Program-made: the position numbers and the translations under genes | Assembly: GCA_036172245.1 (NCBI GenBank) | Contig: JAYWIR010000026.1 | Coordinates: 1,054,001 to 1,118,000, forward strand | Direction: 5' to 3' | Source of the DNA: Raillietiella orientalis | Taxonomy: Eukaryota | Length of the DNA stretch: 64,000 bases | Notes under the pieces: model-generated | Seen by the model: only the letters and a program-made list of their open reading frames with translations | The model's database searches: none | What the model was told of the DNA's origin: nothing | In this document: positions 9,693 through 17,807 of the stretch, one piece after another | Position numbering within the stretch: the stretch's first letter is position 1 | Layout of the letters: each line of letters begins with the position of its first letter

Positions 9693-12600
9693 ATTTCAAT
9701 CTCCGCCTGCTAACAGGTGTGCCGGAAACACAAGTGAACGCGATGAACGAGTTGTGCGCCGCCATGCGTGCGCGCAACTTGTTCGCGGGTGAGAGGGGAA
9801 TGGTTCGCAGCATCGACCACGTCTTCCTCGACGCTGCCCTGTGTTCACGGGTCGGCAAACGGGGGAGAGTTGCGTCAACGTTGTCGGACCATTCCCGGTT
9901 AATTTTCGAGATGCGGCCTCGCGACAAAGGACCGCCATCCAGGGACTGGCGTCTGCCGAGGGACTGGACGCGACTTTAAAATGCGAAGGAACACCTTCGC
10001 GAATACCTGAGAGGCGTCACGCTCCGGAATCTTCAGGATTGGGACCTTTTTAAGGAATCGGTCCGGGAGTTCTGCGAGCAGTTCCCCCTGGACCGCCTGC
10101 CATCCGGATTCGGCGAGGGTCCTTGCAACCATCGGGCCTATTTACAGGTCCGTAGGTACGAGCGAACCCCTAATGTCCGTCGCCTGGCCGAGTACCGCGC
10201 CGGGGCCGAACTCCAAGCCTGGAAATCCAAGTCGGCCAGCTTGCTGGACGACCAGGGCCGGGAATGTTCGTCCCCGGCGTCGGTAAGGCATCTCGTGCGG
10301 AGTTATTATTCCTCCCTTTGCGCCAGGGCGCCCCCGGATCAAGATGCCTCTCGGCTCTTGCTTCCGGATGGTGCCCCGGCAAAAGGGGAGGAGAAGTCGT
10401 TAAGCCTCGATGAGCCTTTTACCACCGGCGAAATTCTCGCCGGTATCAAAAGGCTCAAGAGGCGGAAAGCTCTAGGGGAAGACGGCTTGCCCGCGGAGTT
10501 CTTTTAGAGCTTCGCGGAAGAGCTGGCACCCCTGCTGCTTAAGTTGATCAGGCTGATCCGAGACGAAGGCGATGTTCCCGCCTCGTTTCGGTCAGCCAGA
10601 GTGAGGCTCCTTCCGAAAGGGGGAGACCTGAGAAATTTGAACAACTGGCGTCCGATCACGATTGTGAATACGGACGCCAAGTTGGTTGCCGGGCTATGGG
10701 CTTCTGGTCTGGGGCAGGTTACAGAATCCATTATTAGCCCGGAGCAGACATATGCTGTTGCCGGGCGAAGCATGGATGCCAACCTCTTCTTCGCGAGCAC
10801 ATGGATGCACGCGCAGAGGTGTCAAAAGGAAGGGAAAGGAAAAATCGGCAACCTCACTTTGGGGCCGCCAGCAGGGCAGGGAATGGACTCCCGGGCGGGG
10901 AAGGGGACCTTAGCGCTCGCAGTCGATCTCCATAAGGCGTTCGACTGTGTTGACCAGGGACTTTTGTTGGAGCTCCTGGGTCGCATGAACTTCCCACCCT
11001 CCTTGATCAACTACCTGCGCTCCTGCTGGCGCCTTGCGATAATTTCCGTCTCTTTCAGCAGTCAGAAGGTGCATGGCGTGCCGGTGCGGCGGAACATCAG
11101 GCAGGGAGATAGCCTGACTCCCCTGCTCTTCAGCAGCTACTTTGAGTTGGTGCTGAGAGCCTACAGGGTGACTTTGGCCTCCTTGCCGAGCTCGTGTCCC
11201 GGCACGCCCGCCGTAGCAGCCTATGCCGACGACCTTCTGCTCCTGTTACCTATGTCCACCCCGGCGAAGGCGGTCGGAGACTTCTTCGATCTGCTCAGCC
11301 GTGGGACCGGACTGCAGGTCAACAGGGCGAAGTCGTCGGTGGTGCCAGTAGGTGCGGCGTGGGCAGGGCAGCAGGACTGGGTCCGTCTGGGGATCCCCAC
11401 GGCGAGGTGCCTCAAGTACCTTGGTGTGCCGTTGGGTGACTACTCCCCTGCAAAAGCGTGGTCCAGCTGTCTTCAAAAAGTTGAGACGGCGATCGGCCCG
11501 TTCCTGGAAGGCAAGTTTCACTTGACGGAAAGGGTCGCGGTTTGGAACGCCTTCGCGGCCCTTATCTTCCGCCGCTTGCTTTTTGTTTGCCTAGCCCCAA
11601 GAGTAGTTAAAAAGAGGACGAAGGACCTCCTCCGCATCGCCCTTAGGGGCAAGGGGAGGCCCCGAGTCCCTCTGCAGGACTTGTGCGCTTCGCGTCGGGA
11701 CGGCGGCCTTGGCCTCCTGACGCTGGAGCGGGTGGAAATCCAGCTGCGGTGGCAAACCCTCGCAATCGCAGCGAAGATGTGGAGCACCCCTCGGTGCGTT
11801 CCGGCCCGCCACCTCGCCAGGTGTGTGTCCCGATGCGAAGGACTCGCGTCGTTTCTTCTGTGCCTTGGCTGGAAGATCCGAAGATGCGGCCTTATGCTCG
11901 GACGCATAGCAACCTTGGCGAAGACGAACGGTTGGATGGTTTGTGGCCCCGCCAACTCCTCCGCCTGGTTGGAGGAGTCTGCTGGCACATGGGCTAAGCT
12001 GAACCGGAGAAGTGAAAACCACATGAACTGCCTGCGAATCGCCCCATACGCCAACCGCACCCTGCGGGAAATACTGGAATTTCCCCGCAGTCGCAGGTGG
12101 GCGTTGACGACCCCCCTTGCTACGGCGATGCCCTACCTCCTGAGGGCGCCTCAGGATCGCCAGAAGCCGAGGTGGCAAGTCACCTGCCAGATCGCAGGCA
12201 GGGAGAAGATGTTAAGCGGCTGGACCACAGGAGAACTGGCGGACGCCACGACCCCGACCGTCCAGCCGCGTGGATTAATGAGATGGGGCGAGCTACTCGC
12301 CATCCCTACGGATGTGCTGAAGTGGCCCCCGTTACTAAAGGAATCCAGGATCCTGCCCCTTAAGTGGCAAGAGTCGGCGTTGCTACTGCTGCACTGGGGT
12401 ATACCCTGCAACGCACGCCGCTTCCACTGGACAAGGGGAACTGTGGATCCTGAGTGTGTCAGGTGCGGAGAGCGGGAATCGCTCTCCCACCTTATTGTGG
12501 ACTGTGCTGCCATCCGACCCCTCTGGGAACGGTTCGGGGCGACCCTCGTCCTCCCTAGGGGCAGCACCCCCAGAGACGTTCTTCGGCTTCTCTTCGTGAA

Positions 12601-13039
12601 GGACGCACTGCAGCCAGCCGCAGCCATCGCAGCCTTGTGCTGTGTCCGTGGCATCGTGGCGGCATGGAGCGACGCCAATAACGAAAAAGTGGATCCACAC
12701 GCGAGGGATGTCATCCCATACGCCCAACGCTTCATGCGGAGAGCTGCCGGATGGCCCCAACTGGGTAATATACGGACGGATCTCGAGGGCTTCCTTCAAC
12801 GGATGGGCCCTCCTCACAGCGCTCAGTGATCCCTTCCCTGCCCTCCAGCTTCTTTTTGTCTGTTTACTTTTTATTTTTTCTTTTGTTTTATCCCCATCCC
12901 CCTTCGCTGCTGAGGAACGCTACGCTGGGCTGCGTCCCGGCGTCCCGGCAGGTCCAGTGCATATGGCCGTGAGCGGGGCCTTGTACCGCGGATGTAGAGT
13001 TTTTTAAAAATAAACGCCCCGGGCGTACCCGGGTGTATA
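9693..13039 (+). mobile_element. Family B LINE copy B1, from the EN GDFN motif to the 3' end (target of A1/A2)
   Basis: Begins (D)FNLRLLTG..SIDH..LSDH, then linker, RT, U-rich 3'UTR and terminal hairpin at 13018-13033. Confidence 0.93.
10544..12829 (+). CDS. Open RT + C-terminal zinc-finger part of ORF2 of B1 (upstream part has stops)
   Basis: 761 aa: WRPITIVN, DLHKAFD, IRQGDSLTP, YADD, KYLG, CVRCGERESLSHLIVDC. Confidence 0.9.
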   Translation: MIRLIRDEGDVPASFRSARVRLLPKGGDLRNLNNWRPITIVNTDAKLVAGLWASGLGQVTESIISPEQTYAVAGRSMDANLFFASTWMHAQRCQKEGKGKIGNLTLGPPAGQGMDSRAGKGTLALAVDLHKAFDCVDQGLLLELLGRMNFPPSLINYLRSCWRLAIISVSFSSQKVHGVPVRRNIRQGDSLTPLLFSSYFELVLRAYRVTLASLPSSCPGTPAVAAYADDLLLLLPMSTPAKAVGDFFDLLSRGTGLQVNRAKSSVVPVGAAWAGQQDWVRLGIPTARCLKYLGVPLGDYSPAKAWSSCLQKVETAIGPFLEGKFHLTERVAVWNAFAALIFRRLLFVCLAPRVVKKRTKDLLRIALRGKGRPRVPLQDLCASRRDGGLGLLTLERVEIQLRWQTLAIAAKMWSTPRCVPARHLARCVSRCEGLASFLLCLGWKIRRCGLMLGRIATLAKTNGWMVCGPANSSAWLEESAGTWAKLNRRSENHMNCLRIAPYANRTLREILEFPRSRRWALTTPLATAMPYLLRAPQDRQKPRWQVTCQIAGREKMLSGWTTGELADATTPTVQPRGLMRWGELLAIPTDVLKWPPLLKESRILPLKWQESALLLLHWGIPCNARRFHWTRGTVDPECVRCGERESLSHLIVDCAAIRPLWERFGATLVLPRGSTPRDVLRLLFVKDALQPAAAIAALCCVRGIVAAWSDANNEKVDPHARDVIPYAQRFMRRAAGWPQLGNIRTDLEGFLQRMGPPHSAQ

Positions 13040-13141
13040 CCTTCACGGCCAGTTGGAGGATGTGTTTTTCCTTCACTCCTGGAAGAGTAGTAGGAAAGCG
13101 CTTTCTTGTGTGTGGTGTTTTGTGTACATCGTCGGTGTCCA

Positions 13142-14965
13142 ATGGCCACGACACCAGAGGACACCGCGATGGAGGTGGGAGTGGGAGAGGCTAGTTCGCC
13201 CCCAAGGCCTACTGGAGCAGGAGCAGCCGCCCCGGAAACATCCCCGGCCACGCCGAGGACATGGAGCGCCATGGTGGCCGTGCCCAGCGCAGAAGCCATG
13301 GCGGAGATGGCCGCATACAAGGCCTCCGGGTACAAGCCATCGCTTGTCTACCAGGTAGGCAACTTGTTCGACGGCCGGACAGCGCGCGCCTTCAGCAAAG
13401 CGTTGAAGGACGCGAATGTCACTGAGAAGGATCTGGACGGCCTCTTCGTGCTCAGCGGCGGGCAGCGGGTCGAGGTGGTCTGCAAAGATGTCACCTTGGC
13501 TCACCGCCTAATCCATGCGCCGCTGAACGTAGACGGCCGCAAGATCCTGCCAGTATCTATGGACCGCTCCGTGGTGGTCCACATGACTGGCATCACCAGC
13601 CGCATGACGCGGTCAGCGGTTGGTGAGGAGTTACGAAAGTACGGTGAGGTGCACGCACTGTTGCCGAAACCCTCCATTTTCGACGGCTTCGATAGCCTTT
13701 TTGGTTGGCAGGCTGCAGCCCGGGTCACCGTAAGGGAGAATTGTGGGCTTCTTCACAAACTACACGTGGCGCAAGAAAACGTCGACCTGTGGTATGTAGG
13801 GAAGCCCCGGTATTGCGGGTATTGTGATACCATGGGACACCTACGTAAAAGGTGTCCCAATATACAATGCCATTTGTGCGGGGAGCGGGGCCACGTTCGG
13901 CGCGTGGGCCTCAAACGCCCCACTTCGGTTCCCCCTGCCGCGAAAAAAGCGCAGGGGAAACGCGCTTCAAAGGTCTCTAGACCTAAAGTGGAAAAGGGCC
14001 AGCCCAAGCTGCCAACACCTCAACCTCCGGCGCGTAAGCCGGAGGATAAACCTTCTGAAACGGTGGAAGGCGAAGAGGGATGGCAGCTTGTAGAGGCCAG
14101 AAAGCCTGAGAAACTCCCACTCGCGGAGAGCAAAGAGCGCAAGACGGCCGGTAAGCCGAAAAAACTCGGTCCGCGCTCGAAAACTCTGCGCGAGTGCACG
14201 GTGGCAATGGAACGAATTGTCGTTCCCGAGGTTGCCACCCGGAGCGTCGATCCTCCTCTTGCCGTTTCCGCTGCGTGCGAGGCTCGCGACGGCGAACCCT
14301 CTGTTTACACAGAGGGTGAGCCGCGCGACATAGCGGCGGTCCAAGCCGCGGACGGCGCGTTCGCGCAGGCGGCGGAGGAGCTCGCGGTCACGCTGGCCGA
14401 GCGTGAGAACCCCTCGCGCAAGGCCGTGCGAAGGCCGGCTCCGGCGAAGAAGGCCCCCACAGGTGAGTTAGACCTGGGGGCCGGAAGCACATCCTCCTCC
14501 TCGGAGGCACCCCCCAGGAAGTCGGGACGCAAGTCCCAGAAGCTCAGGAGGCGCCTCCCCTCCACCAGCGGGGAGGAGAAGACGGAAGCCGTCGCCAGCG
14601 TGGGAAATTCGGAGGAGGAATTCCCACGCTCGGAAGCCGTCGATGCGGCCACCCCCATGGAGGAGGGTGAACAGGGGGGTGAAGTCCCCCCTGCAGGCGC
14701 CGACCCTGAACAGCCCGCCCCCATGGAGGAGGGCGATCAGGTAGGCGCGACCCCACCTGTGGGTGATCCGCTCAACGTACAGTTTCCTATGGAGGAGGGG
14801 GACCAGGTGCCTTCAGCACCTGACCCCCTCCTCCACCTAGCGTCCCGCCCCAACAGGTGGCGGACGCCGCATCGCCATCTTCCCAGGAGTGACACCTGGG
14901 CTCGCCAGTCGCCGCCGGATTCGCGCCGCCTGTTGGAACGTCAAGGGGCTGCGCGACGACGGTAA
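13142..14965 (+). CDS. ORF1 of B2 (gag-like, CCHC knuckle, acidic PMEEG repeats)
   Basis: Open from ATG 13142 with CGYCDTMGHLRKRC. The native stop is probably TGA 14890-14892, bypassed by a late frameshift. Confidence 0.85.
   Translation: MATTPEDTAMEVGVGEASSPPRPTGAGAAAPETSPATPRTWSAMVAVPSAEAMAEMAAYKASGYKPSLVYQVGNLFDGRTARAFSKALKDANVTEKDLDGLFVLSGGQRVEVVCKDVTLAHRLIHAPLNVDGRKILPVSMDRSVVVHMTGITSRMTRSAVGEELRKYGEVHALLPKPSIFDGFDSLFGWQAAARVTVRENCGLLHKLHVAQENVDLWYVGKPRYCGYCDTMGHLRKRCPNIQCHLCGERGHVRRVGLKRPTSVPPAAKKAQGKRASKVSRPKVEKGQPKLPTPQPPARKPEDKPSETVEGEEGWQLVEARKPEKLPLAESKERKTAGKPKKLGPRSKTLRECTVAMERIVVPEVATRSVDPPLAVSAACEARDGEPSVYTEGEPRDIAAVQAADGAFAQAAEELAVTLAERENPSRKAVRRPAPAKKAPTGELDLGAGSTSSSSEAPPRKSGRKSQKLRRRLPSTSGEEKTEAVASVGNSEEEFPRSEAVDAATPMEEGEQGGEVPPAGADPEQPAPMEEGDQVGATPPVGDPLNVQFPMEEGDQVPSAPDPLLHLASRPNRWRTPHRHLPRSDTWARQSPPDSRRLLERQGAARRR
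14655..14810 (+). repeat. About 66-bp (22-aa) degenerate repeat PMEEG(D/E)Q in the ORF1 tail
   Basis: Three PMEEG units spaced 22 aa apart. Similar units occur at about 36640-36860 (minus strand). Confidence 0.7.
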
Positions 14966-15387
14966 CAGGCGAGATACGGCCGACACCCTGTGTGAGCTCG
15001 ACCTGGCCCTGCTGCAGGAGATCCACGTCATCACCGCGGCAGACTCCCAGGAGATCGAGACGATCGCGGGGGGTCGGTTGTATTGGCGATGCAGCCTCCG
15101 CAACACCTGCGGGGTCGCGTTCTTCGTGAAGCCGGCTATCGACGCTGCCGTGAAGGGCGTGTGCTTCGATGACGACGGTCGTGTCGGTCAGCTGACTCTC
15201 GACTGGTCCGACTCGATCGATCTGATCGACACGAATGTGTACGCCCCAACCGGTCAAAAGGGTTACAGCAACCGTACCAGGCTTCTTGAATCCCTGAAGC
15301 GCGACTGGCTGGCGAACACGAGCGTGTAGAAGGCTCACCTGATAGCGGGAGAATTCAATCTCCGTCTGCTAACAGGTGGGCGGCTGG

Positions 15388-17097
15388 TTGTCACCCGGGT
15401 GCGCCGGGGCGTTTATTATAAACTATCGGGGAACAGGGTTCCCGGACAAAGGGGAAAACAAGAGACGAAGGAGGTGGGATCCCCGACACGCAGGTCGGTG
15501 TGCCGAAAGTCCGGAACGGGAGGGAAGGGACCACAAACACACTACTATATAAAAAAATAAAAGAAAAATATGGAGGGCAGGGGACAGGGGTCTTTGGTAA
15601 ATCCGTTCCTTCCTTTCAAAACCGGCGATGGATGCCGGCGATTTCTCTCCTTACGCCCTGTGGCAGATGGGCCCACTGGGCAGCCGACGACATGTTTGCG
15701 CTGGCTAATCCGGTGGGCTGACAAAGGATGGCCAGCTTCTCCAACTCTCGGTGGGCCTTGTCGATGGCGCGGGTGCAACACACGGTTGCAACGACAGCAC
15801 CCAATGACAGGCCGCCTGGCGTCTAGAAGCGGCGCATCATCTCCCTCGCGGTGTCCCCCTGGTGCAGGAGAGCTGGAGCCAGCCTCCGCCACAGTCCTTC
15901 GAGGACACCGCAGACGAAGAGCAGAGGCGGGAGCGTTTCCACTTCCCCGCACCGCTTACAGTTTGGGGAGACGACTCCCCCGGAAACAAGGTTCGTGCGC
16001 TGGTTGGAGTGAAAACCCCAATGCACGAGCATAATCACGTCCTTCTTCCACGAAAGGGGGAACACAGAAGTGTTGAGACACGAGGGAGGAACCACAATTT
16101 CTTCAAGGGGCACACTCAAGTTTTCGCTCCACCGAAGGAGTCCCTTCGGAACGTGGCGAGGTGTGGCGGCGTCCGCCAGCTCGCAAGTCTTCCAGCCGCC
16201 AATAGGTCGCGTTGTTCCTGCGATGGTGCAGGCGACCTCCCATCTCGCCGGTTCGCAACTGTCATCTCTTGCCCTGAGGGCTGACAGTGCGTCTTTTAGG
16301 GGGGTGACGGCCAGGCGGGTCCACTTCTCCTGGCTGTTGCACACCTCATCCACCGTGCAGTACGGGGAGAGGTGAGCGCAACGGAGTTCCAGGAGGGAAA
16401 CATCCTGGTGCTTTGTCCAGCCATGCAACGGTTCCTGCCGCCGGGCTTGAAAGTTCGTTGGGCGGCAGGAGATCCATTCCTGGGCTTCCAGGAGCCGATA
16501 CAGCGGTTTCAAGGGGAAACCGAAGCTTCTCGTGGCGCGCTCCGTGTGCGGCCGCAGCGACAGAAGTCCATCGCTGGCTGTGCAGCGCCGCAAAAGCAGG
16601 CGCGCGGGAGCGCACCACGGAGTGGACCAAAGGTTGGCGCACAGGGCCAACATCCGAAGCTGCACCTGCAGCTCGATTCTCTCCAGCGTCAGGATGCCTA
16701 AGACAGCATCCCGACGCGGAGCCGCCAAGTCTTTCAGGCGGATCCTGGACCTCGCAGGTCCCCACAGAGCGTTCCTCAACAGGCTGTGCGCCTGGAGCTT
16801 GGCCGAGTAGGGGGGCGGGCAAACAAAAACCAGGGGGCGCAAGAGAGGGGCAACGAAGGTGTTACATATCGTGGTCCGATCCGGCAGGACGAACCTGCCA
16901 TGGTGGAACGGGCTCAGGGCATTCGAAGCCTTCCGAAGGCAGTCCGACCACACTTCCACTGGGCTGATGTTCCCCAGCGGAACGCCCAGATATTGCACGG
17001 AGGAAGCGGTCGGGATCCCCAGGCGGATCCAGTCGGACTGCCCCTCCCACGCCGCACCAATAGGTACGACCACGCTCTTGCTCCGGTTTACGCTCAT
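15388..17097 (-). mobile_element. LINE 3' half, family G (A-related C-terminus, distinct 3'UTR)
   Basis: SVNRSKS..QYLG..ARDDSCEPARWEV..CKRCGEVETLPPLLFVC. Ends AATAAACGCCCCGGCGCACCCGGGTG-ACAA on the minus strand. Confidence 0.9.
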
Positions 17098-17807
17098 GCC
17101 CCCGTTGTTGAAAGAATCCAGGATCCTGCCCCTCAAGTGGCAAGAGTCGGCGCTGCTCCTGTTGCACTGGAGTCTACCCTGCAACGCGCGCCGCTTCCAC
17201 TGGACGAGGGGAGCTGTGGATCCTGCGTGTGCCAGGAGCGGGGAGCGGGAGTCGCTTCCCCACCTTATTGTGGATTGTGCTGACCTCCGACCCCTTTGGG
17301 AACGGTTCGGGACGACCCTCGGGCTCCCTACGGGCAGCACCCCCAGAGACGTTCTTCGGCCCCTCTTCGTGAAGGACGCAATGCAGCCAGCCGCAGCCAT
17401 CGCAGCCTTGTGCTGCGTCCGTGGCATCGTGGCGGCATGGAGCGACGCCAACAACGAAGGAGTGGGTTCACAGGCGAGGGATGTCATCCCGTATGCCAAA
17501 CGCTTCTTGCGGAGAGCTGTTGGATGGCCCCAACTGGGGAATATGCAGACAGACCTCAAGGGGTTCGTTTGACGGATGGGCCCTCCCCACAGCAACCAGT
17601 GATCCCTTCCCTGCCCTCCAACTTCTTTTTGTTTGTTTCTTTTTATTTTTGTTTTTGTCTTATCCACATCCCCCTTCGCTGTCGGGGAGTGCCACGCCGG
17701 GCTGCGTCCCGGTGTCCCGTCAGGTCCTGTGTTTACTTTCGTGGTGGGGCCTCGTACCACGCATGCAGAGTTTACAAATAAACGCCCCGGGGGTACCCGG
17801 GTGATAA
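17098..17807 (+). mobile_element. Family B LINE copy B3, 0.7-kb 3' fragment
   Basis: Highly similar to 12325-13035, with 3'UTR and terminal hairpin. Confidence 0.93.

Larger units (their letters stand above)
13050..15387 (+). mobile_element. Family B LINE copy B2, 5' part (5'UTR, ORF1, EN up to GEFNLRLLTG)
   Basis: 5' motif GGATGTGTTTTT at 13058. ORF2 start RIRAACWNVKG..LQEIH..NVYAP. Homologous to 35458-38680. Confidence 0.9.

Noticed and set aside
12830..13035. HDV-like or hammerhead ribozyme in the 3'UTR
   Set aside because: I could not fit the nested pseudoknot or the CUGANGA/GAAA core by eye; reported only as conserved hairpins.
15378..15387. GGGCGGCTGG as a TSD remnant from the EN GGRL motif
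   Set aside because: It could equally be native B2 sequence in a variable segment after LLTG; cannot be decided here.
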